The translations under genes and the position numbers were made by a program. The notes below the pieces were generated by a model. That model searched no databases, had not been told where the DNA came from, and saw only the letters and a list, made by a program, of their open reading frames with translations. 64,000 nt of DNA from an uncultured Bacteroidota bacterium (GTDB taxonomy: Bacteria; Bacteroidota; Bacteroidia; Flavobacteriales; BACL11), in NCBI GenBank assembly GCA_902587125.1, contig CACIJW010000001.1:205566-269565 (forward strand). Reading direction: 5' to 3'. Every line of letters begins with the position of its first letter. Positions within the stretch are counted from its first letter, which is position 1. Shown here one piece after another: positions 39,808-49,844 of this stretch.

Positions 39808-41343
39808 ATGAGTAATCAAAACGAATTATTTAAGAAACTGATTTCTCACTGTAAGGAGTATGGTTTTGTATTTCAGTCAAGTGAAATCTATGATAGTTTA
39901 GCGGCCACATACGATTATGGTCCCTTTGGAGTTGAGTTAAAGAATAACATAAAGCACTATTGGTGGAAATCGATGGTGGATATGAACGAAAATATAGTTG
40001 GTCTTGACTCATCAGTTTTAATGCATCCAAAAGTTTGGAAGGCATCAGGACATGTTGATGCTTTTAACGATCCTTTAATTGATAATAAAGATTCAAAAAA
40101 AAGATATCGTGCAGACCAATTGATTGAAGACCATATAAATAAGATACAGCTCAAAATTGATAAAGATATTTTAAAGGCTGAAAAGAAATTTGGAAGTGAT
40201 TTTAATAAAAAAATATACTGTGAAACGAATAAAAGAGTTTCAGAAAGGATAGCTCAAATTCAAGAAATAAAAGATAAGTTAGTAAATTCAATGAACAAAA
40301 ATAAGTTATCTGACATTAAAAATTTAATTGAAAATCTAGAAATTAAATGTCAAATATCAGGAACTAAAAATTGGACTGATGTTCGTCAATTTAATTTGAT
40401 GTTTAAAACCAACTTTGGGTCCACTGATGATTCATCTAGTGAGGGGTACTTAAGACCAGAAACTGCGCAGGGCATTTTTGTAAATTTTTTAAATGTTCAA
40501 AAGACTGCTAGAGCGAAAATCCCTTTTGGAATTGCCCAAATTGGTAAAGCTTTCAGAAACGAAATAGTTGCGAGACAATTTATTTTTAGAATGAGAGAAT
40601 TTGAACAAATGGAAATGCAATTTTTTGTTAGACCTGGCGAAGAAATTAATTATTATAATTTTTGGAAAGATCAACGACTAAAATGGCATTTGAACCTTGG
40701 CTTTAACAATGATATGTTTAGATTTCATAATCACCAAAATCTAGCTCATTATGCTAACGCTGCCGTTGATATCGAATACAAATTTCCTTTTGGATTTAAA
40801 GAGCTCGAAGGTATACACTCAAGAACTGATTTCGACTTAAAATCTCACCAACAATACTCAAGAAGAAAAATACAGTACTTTGATTCGGAACTTAACAAAA
40901 GCTATATACCTTACGTAATTGAAACATCAATTGGATTAGATAGAATGTTTTTGGCTATCATGTGTAATTCATATAAAGAAGAGGAAATAAATGAAAATGA
41001 AAAAAGAATCGTTTTATCCATTCCACAATTTTTAGCTCCCATCAAGCTAGCAATACTTCCTCTCACAAAAAAAGATGGTCTCAGCCAAAAGGCTAAAAAA
41101 ATATTTAATGATTTAAAACTTGAATTTAATTGTTGTTACGAAGAAAAGGACTCAATTGGTAAGCGATACAGAAGGCAGGATGCAATTGGAACTCCTTTTT
41201 GTTTAACAATTGACCATCAAACTCTTGAGGATAATACATGCACCCTCAGATATAGAGATAAAATGAATCAAAAAAGAGTAAAAATTAAAGAAGTTTCTGA
41301 AATAATTGATAAAGAAGTTAATTTGAAAAATTTCATTGTTTAG
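39808..41343 (+). CDS. glyS: Glycine--tRNA ligase (homodimeric, eukaryote/archaeal type)
   Basis: YDYGPFG.ELKNN, ASGHVDAF.DP, YLRPETAQGIF, IFRMREFEQME, LEGIHSRTDFDL, IGKRYRRQDAIGTP. Confidence 0.96.
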   Translation: MSNQNELFKKLISHCKEYGFVFQSSEIYDSLAATYDYGPFGVELKNNIKHYWWKSMVDMNENIVGLDSSVLMHPKVWKASGHVDAFNDPLIDNKDSKKRYRADQLIEDHINKIQLKIDKDILKAEKKFGSDFNKKIYCETNKRVSERIAQIQEIKDKLVNSMNKNKLSDIKNLIENLEIKCQISGTKNWTDVRQFNLMFKTNFGSTDDSSSEGYLRPETAQGIFVNFLNVQKTARAKIPFGIAQIGKAFRNEIVARQFIFRMREFEQMEMQFFVRPGEEINYYNFWKDQRLKWHLNLGFNNDMFRFHNHQNLAHYANAAVDIEYKFPFGFKELEGIHSRTDFDLKSHQQYSRRKIQYFDSELNKSYIPYVIETSIGLDRMFLAIMCNSYKEEEINENEKRIVLSIPQFLAPIKLAILPLTKKDGLSQKAKKIFNDLKLEFNCCYEEKDSIGKRYRRQDAIGTPFCLTIDHQTLEDNTCTLRYRDKMNQKRVKIKEVSEIIDKEVNLKNFIV

Positions 41344-41689
41344 TTCTAAATAACTCAATTGATATTTTATCAAAATTAGCATCAACTGGAGGACTAATTT
41401 TTTCAAGCTCAATATTTACTGATTGTATCAATTCAATTTTAAATAACTCATCCAATATTTCATTCGCAGCTGATTCAATCATATTTTTTGTTTTTTTCAT
41501 TTGTTCTTTTACAATATCAATTACATGTACATAATCAATAGTATCTTCTAATTTATCAGTAGATACAACTTTATCAGAGTTGAAGCCTATCTCAAGATTT
41601 ACAATAAAATGTCCTCCTAACTTTTTTTCCTCTTCAAAGTGCCCATGAAATGCATAAATTTTTATTCCTTTTATGTTAAGTTTTGTCAT
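41333..41689 (-). CDS. folB: Dihydroneopterin aldolase
   Basis: YAFHG.FEEE..LGG.F, DKLEDTIDY, IESAA, EKISPP. Confidence 0.93.
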   Translation of the reverse strand: MTKLNIKGIKIYAFHGHFEEEKKLGGHFIVNLEIGFNSDKVVSTDKLEDTIDYVHVIDIVKEQMKKTKNMIESAANEILDELFKIELIQSVNIELEKISPPVDANFDKISIELFRTKQ

Positions 41690-43209
41690 GAAATTTCTTT
41701 TAAAAAATTTTCAATTCTGTTAATTGTTTTTTCCTTTCCTATAATCTCGGCTATTGAATATAGTGAAGGTCCATAAAGTAAATTCGTTAAGGCAAATCTA
41801 AACAAAGGAAGTAGCATTGACATCTTTAAGTTGAACTCTTCTAAAACCTCGGCAAATACAGACTCAACATTAATTGAAGAAAAATTCTCAATTTTTTTTA
41901 ACTTTTCACAAAGGGTTTGCATATGATTAAAACTATTTTCCTTTATCCTTTTTTGCACAAGCGAAAATTTATACCCATTAATATCCTCAAAAAAATACTT
42001 TCCCTCAATCCAAAAATCTTTGATAAAAACTACTCTCTCTAAAAAAAGATCGCATACTTTTTCAATATAGTCATTTGTAAATTCAAGATTATTTTTGGCT
42101 AAATAATCTGATATTTCTTTAACAACTAAATCTTTGGGTAACTTTCTTACATATTTTTGATTGAACCATTTTGCTTTTTCGAAATCAAATTTTGCACCAG
42201 ATTTGCCTATTCTTTCTAAAGAAAAAGTCTGAACCAGTTCTTCTAAATCAAATATTTCTTTTTCATTTCCAGGATTCCACCCCAAAAAGACTAGCATATT
42301 GATGAAACTTTCAGGTAAAAATCCAAATTCTTTATAACCATCGTATTTCTCACCAGTTGTTAGATTTTCCCAAAGAATTGGAAAGACAGGAAATCCAAGT
42401 CTTTCACCATCTCTCTTGCTTAATTTTCCATTTCCCTCTGGCTTTAAAATTAGTGGTAGATGAGAAAACACTGGAATCTCTTTTTCCCAACCAAGATAAT
42501 TATATAATAGTATGTGTAAAGGAGCAGATGGTAACCATTCCTCTCCACGAACAACGTGAGAAATTTTCATCAAATAATCATCTACCACATTTGCTAGATG
42601 GTAAGTTGGCATACCGTCAGATTTAAAAATTACTTTATCATCAAGGTTATTTGAATTTATTGACACCCATCCTCTAATTGTATCATTTAATTTAATTTCT
42701 TCATTTCGAGGAACTTTAATTCTAATTACATATTTTTCTGAACTAGTAATTCTTTTTTTTACTTCGTCTTTTGAAAGTGTCAATGAATTTTTCATGCTAT
42801 TTCTTGTAATAGAATTATACTGGGGTGACTTTACTCCAGAAAGCTTCATGTTCTTTCTCATCTGTTCTAACTCATCTGGGGTGTCAAAAGCATAGTAAGC
42901 TTTACCTTCATCGACTAGTTGTTGTGCATATTTTTCATATATTTTTTTTCTCTCTGATTGTCGATATGGTCCAAATTCACCTCCTATTTCCGGACCTTCA
43001 TCAAATTCAATTCCGCACCAGGAAAGTGAGTCAATAATATATTTTTCTGCTCCAGGAACATACCTATTTTGATCTGTATCTTCAATTCTTAATATAAATT
43101 TACCTTTTGATTTTTTTGCAAATAAATAATTGTAAAGAGCTGTTCTAACCCCACCAATGTGTAGAGGTCCTGTTGGGCTTGGGGCAAATCTTAATCTTAC
43201 TGATCTCAT
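41686..43209 (-). CDS. gltX: Glutamate--tRNA ligase
   Basis: RFAPSPTGPLHIGG, RIEDTD, PTYHLANVVDD, RGEEW, KLSKR. Confidence 0.97.
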   Translation of the reverse strand: MRSVRLRFAPSPTGPLHIGGVRTALYNYLFAKKSKGKFILRIEDTDQNRYVPGAEKYIIDSLSWCGIEFDEGPEIGGEFGPYRQSERKKIYEKYAQQLVDEGKAYYAFDTPDELEQMRKNMKLSGVKSPQYNSITRNSMKNSLTLSKDEVKKRITSSEKYVIRIKVPRNEEIKLNDTIRGWVSINSNNLDDKVIFKSDGMPTYHLANVVDDYLMKISHVVRGEEWLPSAPLHILLYNYLGWEKEIPVFSHLPLILKPEGNGKLSKRDGERLGFPVFPILWENLTTGEKYDGYKEFGFLPESFINMLVFLGWNPGNEKEIFDLEELVQTFSLERIGKSGAKFDFEKAKWFNQKYVRKLPKDLVVKEISDYLAKNNLEFTNDYIEKVCDLFLERVVFIKDFWIEGKYFFEDINGYKFSLVQKRIKENSFNHMQTLCEKLKKIENFSSINVESVFAEVLEEFNLKMSMLLPLFRFALTNLLYGPSLYSIAEIIGKEKTINRIENFLKEIS

Positions 43210-43223
43210 AGCACAATTTTAAG

Positions 43224-43231
43224 CAAATATA
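43224..43231 (-). promoter_or_regulatory. -7 element TAtaTTTG upstream of gltX
   Basis: Exact motif 14 nt before ATG 43209. Confidence 0.55.
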
Positions 43232-43275
43232 GTTTTTGATAAATAATTTTTTAATAAAATAGACTCATAAAATTG

Positions 43276-43283
43276 TATTTTTG
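43276..43283 (+). promoter_or_regulatory. -7 element TAttTTTG, 4 nt before ATG 43288
   Basis: TATTTTTG-ctgt-ATG. Confidence 0.6.
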
Positions 43284-43287
43284 CTGT

Positions 43288-46200
43288 ATGAAAAATTCCG
43301 TAATTATTGAAAAGATAAATTTATTTAGAAATAAGTTTTATTTGAATCTAATAATAAAGGGGATTTTACTTTCAATTTTTTTTTCAATTAATGGTTTTTT
43401 ATTAATTGTTTTCCTGGAGCATTTGGTTTGGTTTGACTCAAAATTTAGACAATTTATTTTTTGGGGGTTCTGCATTTCTAGTTTAATATTTATAACATAC
43501 AATATCATTATACCATTTCTTAAGATTTATAGCTTTGGTAATATAATTTCAAATAAACAAGCTGCTAATATTATTGGAGAATACTTTAGAGATATTGATG
43601 ATAAGCTTCTGAATTTATTGGAACTTGAAGAGATTGATGATAAGCATTCTGACTTACTAATTGCCAGTATTAATCAAAAAACAGAACATTTAAATAAATT
43701 TAAATTTGAGGATGTAATAAATTTTAGTTCTAATAAAAAGTATCTAAAGCTACTAATTATACCCACTACAATAATAATATTGATTTTTATCACTGGAAAT
43801 AATCAAATTATTAGTGAGAGTTCAGCTCGAGTCATAAATTACAATGAAACATTTACTAAGCCCGCCCCTTTTAAATTTATTTTAAAAAACAAGAAACTTG
43901 ATTTGATAGAAAACCAAAAACTTAAAGTTCTTCTAGAACTTAAAGGTTCTAATTTACCTAATGAGGTGTTCATTAGAGTAGCTGACAGAGACCTTTTGAT
44001 GTCAAAAGCTGAAAGCTCTGATTTTTATTCTTACGAGTTTTACAATATAAAAGAATCATTCAACTTTAACTTTTATTCCAATGGGTTCAAATCTAAAAAA
44101 TATAAAATTGAAGTAAAGAAAAGACCTCTCATGCTAGAATTCATGATTAGTTTTTCATATCCGAAGCATACTTTCAAAAAAGATGATTCTCAAAAAAATA
44201 TTGGAGAAATTTTTGTGCCAGAAGGAACTAAGACAAAATGGTCATTTAAAACAAAAAATGTTGATGAATTGATTTTTGCTCTTGATAATGAAATAGAAAG
44301 TAAAAGTTTTAATAATGATGATTTTGAAATTCAAAAAACTTTAATGAATTCTGGCAATTACAAATTAAAGCTTGTTAATAAGAACGGGGTTACTGATTCT
44401 AATTATTATTCAATAAGACTTTTGAAAGATGAATATCCAAAAATTAATGTTGAAGTTAATTTTGATTCAACTAATAATTTATTTGTCTATAATGGTTCGG
44501 CTTTTGACGATTATCAAATTTCAGATATCAAAATCAAGTATTTGAAAAATAAAAAAATAATAAATGAAACATCATTTAAGACAAACAAACAGCGTGAAGA
44601 GTTTTTTGAATATGAGATTAATACAAATAATATTAGCGAATTCGAATATGATAAATTGTATTTTGAAGTGTGGGATAATGATGGTGTAAATGGATTTAAA
44701 TCAGCTAAAACTGAAGTTTTTAGCCTTAATAGTATAAGCAAAACAGATGCAATCTCTAATAGGAACCAAAAAAATAACGAGCTTAAATCAACAATGCAAT
44801 CTAGCTTTGAAACCATTAAAGAAATGAACGAAGAAATTGAAAAGATCAAGCGCTCATTAATCAATAATAAAAGGCTTGATTGGAATCAAAAAGAAAATGT
44901 TAAAGATCTATTAAAAAAACAAATGAAGCTTGAGAACGAAATTCAAAAATCTAAAAATCTTCTTAACGATTTAATTGAAAAAAATGAAATTCTTAGCCCA
45001 GAAATTATTGAAAAGCAGAAGCTACTAAATGAGATGATGGAAAAGGTTTTTGACGAAGAGCTTTTAAAGATGATCGATGAAATGCAAAAAGATTTTGAAA
45101 ATTTAAATAAAGAGGAGATTCAAAAACTCTTAGAAAATTTAGAGGACCAAAATTTAAACATTGAAGAAGAGCTTGACAGAGAAATTGAGTTGTTCAAACA
45201 AATGGAAATTGAGCAAAGATTATCTGAATTAAAGCAAAAAATACAAGAAATTAAAAGCAAACAAGACAGTTTGACCAATAATAAAAATATAGATCAAAAC
45301 AGCCTAGAAAAACAAAATGATATAAAAAAAGATTTTGATGAGTTAAAAAAAGACATTGATGAAATGCAAAATCTAAATGACTCTTTAGAAAATCCTAATA
45401 ATTTTGAAAACACTGAAGAATTGGAAAAAAAGATTGATGAAAGTATTGAAGAGAGCATAAAGAAAATGAAACTAGGTAATAAAAAAAGCTCAAAAAAGAG
45501 TCAAAAAAATACTAGTGATAAAATGCAAGACTTAGAGGATCAACTATCTATGATGCTCTCTAGCTGTAAAGGGAATCAAAATTTTGAAAACCTTGAGACA
45601 CTTAGACAAATTCTTGAGAATCTCATATCTATTTCTTTCTCTCAAGAGGAACTAATTCTAAAAACTAAAGAAACAAATAAAAACAGTTCAGAATTCATAC
45701 AAATAATAAGAACTCAGAAAAAAATTAAGGATGACTCAGAAATTGTCAAAGACTCTCTGCTCGCACTTTCTAAAAGAGTTATTGAGATAGAGTCAATTGT
45801 AAACAAAGAAATAAATAAAATAAATAGCTACTTATCGAAATCTATTAATTCGTTAGAGGATAGGGATATAAGAAAAGCAAATATTTCTCAACAATTTGTG
45901 ATGACTTCAGTAAATAATCTTGCCCTTTTGTTAGATGAATCACTCAAACAAATGCAAAAGCAATTAGCATCGCAGACGCCTGGAAATAAGCAATGTAATA
46001 ATCCTGGAAGCGGACCACCTTCGCTATCACAACTCAAACAAATGCAGAAAAAATTATTGGAAGAGATGAAAAATGGAGAAAATGGTAAAAATGGATCTAA
46101 ATCACTTGGAGAATCTCTTTCAAAAAAACTTATGCAACTTGCACAATTACAACAAGAGGCTAAAGAAAATTTACTAAAAATGAGAGATGAGCTAGGAAAT

Positions 46201-46545
46201 GGAAAAAATAAAGGTGATATAGATAAGCTATTAGACGATATGGAAAAAAATAATGATGATATAATTTTTAACAAAATATCTCAAAAAACAATAGATAGAC
46301 AAAATAAAATATTATCGAGGTTACTAGATTTTGATGAAGCTGAAAGAGAGCAAGGTGAAGACGACAAAAGAGAATCCTTAGAATGGATAATGAAAAATGA
46401 CATTGAAACTATAGATGAAGAAATCTCCAGACAAAAGAAAAAAAATATTTCTGAGGAAATTTTAAAAAGAAACAATGTTAAACTAAACCCTTTCTATAAA
46501 AGAATAAATACAGATTATTTTAATAAAATTTCTAAGGATGATTAG
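43288..46545 (+). CDS. Large membrane-anchored coiled-coil protein (DUF4175-like), probable ATG at 43288
   Basis: Three N-terminal TM helices, beta-rich middle (DEYP, DDY, YFEVWDNDGVNG.KS), long Q/K/E/N coiled coils, RQNKILSRLL; usual upstream neighbour of ybeY. Confidence 0.8.
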   Translation: MKNSVIIEKINLFRNKFYLNLIIKGILLSIFFSINGFLLIVFLEHLVWFDSKFRQFIFWGFCISSLIFITYNIIIPFLKIYSFGNIISNKQAANIIGEYFRDIDDKLLNLLELEEIDDKHSDLLIASINQKTEHLNKFKFEDVINFSSNKKYLKLLIIPTTIIILIFITGNNQIISESSARVINYNETFTKPAPFKFILKNKKLDLIENQKLKVLLELKGSNLPNEVFIRVADRDLLMSKAESSDFYSYEFYNIKESFNFNFYSNGFKSKKYKIEVKKRPLMLEFMISFSYPKHTFKKDDSQKNIGEIFVPEGTKTKWSFKTKNVDELIFALDNEIESKSFNNDDFEIQKTLMNSGNYKLKLVNKNGVTDSNYYSIRLLKDEYPKINVEVNFDSTNNLFVYNGSAFDDYQISDIKIKYLKNKKIINETSFKTNKQREEFFEYEINTNNISEFEYDKLYFEVWDNDGVNGFKSAKTEVFSLNSISKTDAISNRNQKNNELKSTMQSSFETIKEMNEEIEKIKRSLINNKRLDWNQKENVKDLLKKQMKLENEIQKSKNLLNDLIEKNEILSPEIIEKQKLLNEMMEKVFDEELLKMIDEMQKDFENLNKEEIQKLLENLEDQNLNIEEELDREIELFKQMEIEQRLSELKQKIQEIKSKQDSLTNNKNIDQNSLEKQNDIKKDFDELKKDIDEMQNLNDSLENPNNFENTEELEKKIDESIEESIKKMKLGNKKSSKKSQKNTSDKMQDLEDQLSMMLSSCKGNQNFENLETLRQILENLISISFSQEELILKTKETNKNSSEFIQIIRTQKKIKDDSEIVKDSLLALSKRVIEIESIVNKEINKINSYLSKSINSLEDRDIRKANISQQFVMTSVNNLALLLDESLKQMQKQLASQTPGNKQCNNPGSGPPSLSQLKQMQKKLLEEMKNGENGKNGSKSLGESLSKKLMQLAQLQQEAKENLLKMRDELGNGKNKGDIDKLLDDMEKNNDDIIFNKISQKTIDRQNKILSRLLDFDEAEREQGEDDKRESLEWIMKNDIETIDEEISRQKKKNISEEILKRNNVKLNPFYKRINTDYFNKISKDD

Positions 46546-46948
46546 GTTTCATTTTACAAATAGTTTCACATTGAAAAACAAAAGGAAAATAAAGAATTGG
46601 CTTAAGGACACCATTGTAAATGAGAAAAAAAAGGTTGGGGATATTAACTATATTTTTTGTTCCAAGGAATACTTGAAAAAAATGAATAATGATTACTTAA
46701 TAAAAAACTATGAGACTGACGTAATTTCTTTTGATTTCTCAAATGATAATAAAATTTCTGGTGATATTTATATTAGTAGTGAAACTGTAAAAAAGAATTC
46801 AATTATATTTAATGTTTGCTTTAATAATGAATTAAAAAGAGTAATGGTTCACGGACTACTTCATTTATTAAACTACAATGATAAGAGTAAGCAAGAACTT
46901 AAAATAATGAGAGAAAAAGAAAATTTTTATATTAATTTAAATAGTTGA
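46538..46948 (+). CDS. ybeY: rRNA maturation endoribonuclease
   Basis: TDVISFD, GDIYIS, HGLLHLLNYND (HxxxHxxxxxD). Confidence 0.93.
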   Translation: MIRFHFTNSFTLKNKRKIKNWLKDTIVNEKKKVGDINYIFCSKEYLKKMNNDYLIKNYETDVISFDFSNDNKISGDIYISSETVKKNSIIFNVCFNNELKRVMVHGLLHLLNYNDKSKQELKIMREKENFYINLNS

Positions 46949-46955
46949 TTTTCAG
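46938..46955 (+). promoter_or_regulatory. IHF-consensus-like motif TAA-N4-TTGATTTTCAG (copy 1)
   Basis: taaatagttgattttcag matches YAANNNNTTGATW, the reverse complement of WATCAANNNNTTR. Confidence 0.4.
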
Positions 46956-46967
46956 TAAATTACGAAT

Positions 46968-48830
46968 ATGAAATATAATGTCATAGTAATCGGTGGAGGA
47001 CATGCAGGATGTGAAGCAGCACATGCCGCTGCTAAACTTGGATCTAAAGTTTTGATGATAACTCAGAACCTTGAAACAATTGCAAGAATGTCTTGCAATC
47101 CAGCAATGGGTGGCGTTGCAAAAGGTCAAATTTTAAGAGAAATTGATGCTCTGGGTGGGATGTCAGCAATTGTGACTGATGAGTCAATGATTCAGTTTAG
47201 AATGTTAAATAGGTCCAAGGGTCCAGCTATGTGGAGCCCTAGAGCTCAATGCGACAAAAAATTATTTGAAAAAAAATGGAGATACCTATTAGAACAAAAT
47301 AAAAATATTGATTTCAAGCAAGACACAGTTAAAAATTTAATTATTAAAAATTATAAAGTATGTGGTGTAATCACGATGCTTGGTAATCAAATATTTTCGA
47401 ATACAGTAATTTTATGTAGCGGAACATTTATGAACGGAATAATTCATCTAGGATTAAAAAATTACAAAGGTGGTAGGTCAGGTGAACCATCAGCTAAAGG
47501 AATTACTAAGCAGCTAATAGATTTAGGCTTTGAACACGGAAGAATGAAGACGGGGACTCCTCCAAGATTAGATGGTAGGACAATAGATTATAATAAACTA
47601 ATTGAACAAGCGGGTGATAAAAATCCGGGTTCATTTTCCTTTACAAATATATCAGAACTCACTAATCAATTAAGTTGCTTTATTACTTACACTAATAGTA
47701 AAGTTCACGAAATTTTGCAAGAGGGATTTGAAAAATCACCAATGTTCACGGGCAGAATTCAAGGGGTTGGTCCAAGATATTGTCCGTCAATTGAGGATAA
47801 AATTGATAGATTTAAAGAAAGGGAAAGACATCAGCTATTTATTGAGCCGGAAGGAAGAGAAACTGTTGAGATATATTTAAATGGATTCTCCACCTCATTA
47901 CCAGAGGCAGTGCAGGTCAAAGCGCTGAGACACGTAAATGGCCTTGAAAATGCAAAACTATTTAGAGCAGGTTACGCAATTGAATATGATTATTTTCCTC
48001 CAACACAATTAAATTATTCTTTAGAAACCAAATTGATAAAGAACTTATTTTTTTGCGGGCAGATTAACGGAACAACAGGATACGAAGAGGCAGGTTGTCA
48101 AGGTCTCATTGCAGGTATAAATGCACATAGAAAATGTAAAGGTTTAAGTCAATTTATATTAAAAAGGTCCGATGCATATATAGGAGTTCTGATAGATGAT
48201 TTAATTACAAAGGGCACTGATGAGCCGTATAGAATGTTTACATCAAGAGCTGAGTATAGACTTTTATTAAGACAAGATAATGCAGATATCAGATTGACAA
48301 AAATAGGATATGAAATTGGGCTCATTGACAGAAAGCGATATGATAAACTAAAAAGCAAAATTGACACTGTTAAAAAGCTAGAAAAAACAGTAAAGAAAAT
48401 AAGTGCTGAGCCCATTAAATTTAATTCTATTCTAAGTAACAAAAAGTCATCACAAATCAAGCAAAAACTAAAGTTAGACTCCCTACTTTCACGACCTAAT
48501 ATTAGTTTTGATGATCTTAAAAATGGTTCGATTAAACTACGTGAATTTATTAATGAAAATAATATAAACAGGTTAGAAGAGGAGCAGGTAGAAATTAATA
48601 TTAAATATGGGGGTTATCTAAAAAGAGAAAAAGATAATGTTGAAAAATCAAAAAGGCTCGAAGACGTAAAAATTCCTGATGACTTTGAATTTCACAAGCT
48701 ACATTCTGTTTCTAGTGAAGCAAAAGAAAAACTCTCATCTGTCAACCCAAAGACTATAGGCCAAGCAAAGAGAATTAGTGGAGTTAGTCCAGCTGATGTG
48801 AATGTTTTACTAGTATACATGGGCCGGTGA
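46968..48830 (+). CDS. mnmG: tRNA uridine-5-carboxymethylaminomethyl(34) synthesis enzyme (GidA)
   Basis: GGGHAGCEAA, MSCNPAMGG, GRMKTGTPPR, GPRYCPSIEDK, GQINGTTGYEEA, YRMFTSRAEYR. Confidence 0.98.
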   Translation: MKYNVIVIGGGHAGCEAAHAAAKLGSKVLMITQNLETIARMSCNPAMGGVAKGQILREIDALGGMSAIVTDESMIQFRMLNRSKGPAMWSPRAQCDKKLFEKKWRYLLEQNKNIDFKQDTVKNLIIKNYKVCGVITMLGNQIFSNTVILCSGTFMNGIIHLGLKNYKGGRSGEPSAKGITKQLIDLGFEHGRMKTGTPPRLDGRTIDYNKLIEQAGDKNPGSFSFTNISELTNQLSCFITYTNSKVHEILQEGFEKSPMFTGRIQGVGPRYCPSIEDKIDRFKERERHQLFIEPEGRETVEIYLNGFSTSLPEAVQVKALRHVNGLENAKLFRAGYAIEYDYFPPTQLNYSLETKLIKNLFFCGQINGTTGYEEAGCQGLIAGINAHRKCKGLSQFILKRSDAYIGVLIDDLITKGTDEPYRMFTSRAEYRLLLRQDNADIRLTKIGYEIGLIDRKRYDKLKSKIDTVKKLEKTVKKISAEPIKFNSILSNKKSSQIKQKLKLDSLLSRPNISFDDLKNGSIKLREFINENNINRLEEEQVEINIKYGGYLKREKDNVEKSKRLEDVKIPDDFEFHKLHSVSSEAKEKLSSVNPKTIGQAKRISGVSPADVNVLLVYMGR

Positions 48831-49711
48831 TGGAAAAGATAAACTGCCCACTATTTGAGAAAAAAACAGTCCTAAAGAATTACATTAATGTAAAGGATTA
48901 CTCCAACACACAAGAAGAATTCACAATTGTTTCATGTGAAACAACTGGTTTTTTGTTTACAAACCCCAGGCCAGAAGAAAAGGATATTTCAAAATACTAT
49001 GATTTTGAAGATTACATATCACACACAAATAAACAAAGTGATTTCATAAGCAAATTATATCAAAAGGTTAGAACTCTTTCGATTATAAAAAAATATAAAC
49101 TTATCTCTGAATTAGTAAGGTCTAAGAAAATTCTAGATATCGGAAGCGGGACAGGAGAGTTTTTATATTACATGAAAAGTAAAGGATATGACACATACGG
49201 TGTAGAGATAGCAAAAAAAGCAAGAGAACTGTCTATAAAAAACCATAAACTATTTATCAAGGACTCGCTATCAAGTTTAAAGGAAAATAATTTTGATATC
49301 ATCACAATGTGGCATGTGCTAGAGCATGTATATGATCTAGATGGGTATATGAAAAAAATAAAAAGTTTATTAAATGATAATGGCATATTAATAATAGCAG
49401 TTCCAAACCATAAATGTTTTGACCAAAAGTTTTATGGAAAACATTGGGCGGGTTGGGATGTGCCGCTACATTTGTGGCACTTTGATAAAGAGAGCATGCT
49501 AAAACTTTCTAATAAATATGGATTTGAAATTTCTTCAACCCATCCTTTATATTTTGACTCATTTTATGTATCGCTACTAAGCTCAAAATATAAATACAAC
49601 TCATCAAAATTTGTTCAATCATTTATAATTGGATTATATTCCAATTTAATCGCAAGGTTTAAAACTGGGGAATACTCAAGCCTAATATACGTATTAAAAA
49701 AGAGCGTTTAG
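48830..49711 (+). CDS. Class I SAM-dependent methyltransferase
   Basis: ILDIGSGTG, ITMWHVLEH, IAVPN, W..WDVP.HLWHF; TGATG overlap with mnmG. Confidence 0.9.
   Translation: MEKINCPLFEKKTVLKNYINVKDYSNTQEEFTIVSCETTGFLFTNPRPEEKDISKYYDFEDYISHTNKQSDFISKLYQKVRTLSIIKKYKLISELVRSKKILDIGSGTGEFLYYMKSKGYDTYGVEIAKKARELSIKNHKLFIKDSLSSLKENNFDIITMWHVLEHVYDLDGYMKKIKSLLNDNGILIIAVPNHKCFDQKFYGKHWAGWDVPLHLWHFDKESMLKLSNKYGFEISSTHPLYFDSFYVSLLSSKYKYNSSKFVQSFIIGLYSNLIARFKTGEYSSLIYVLKKSV
48928..48943. promoter_or_regulatory. parS centromere-like site TGTTTCATGTGAAACA
   Basis: 15/16 match to the established consensus TGTTTCACGTGAAACA; the palindrome extends to 48927-48944; adjacent to mnmG. Confidence 0.75.
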
Positions 49712-49788
49712 GGCGATTTAAGCAATTTAAGTACAAAATGAAGTTCTATTATTAAAAAAAAATGATATTGTCTTACACAAAAGATTTA

Positions 49789-49806
49789 TAACTTATTGAT
49801 TTTCAG
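49789..49806 (+). promoter_or_regulatory. IHF-consensus-like motif TAA-N4-TTGATTTTCAG (copy 2)
   Basis: taacttattgattttcag; the 11-mer TTGATTTTCAG is identical to copy 1. Confidence 0.45.
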
Positions 49807-49836
49807 GGATTTAAGGTTCTTTTACTATTTTTTGCT

Positions 49837-49844
49837 TATATTTG
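49837..49844 (+). promoter_or_regulatory. -7 element TAtaTTTG, 4 nt before ATG 49849
   Basis: TATATTTG-caat-ATG. Confidence 0.6.

Noticed and set aside
43288-46545. 1085-aa coiled-coil protein as a novel SMC-like or defence ATPase
   Set aside because: No Walker motifs; it looks like the DUF4175-like membrane protein commonly found before ybeY-mnmG in Bacteroidetes.
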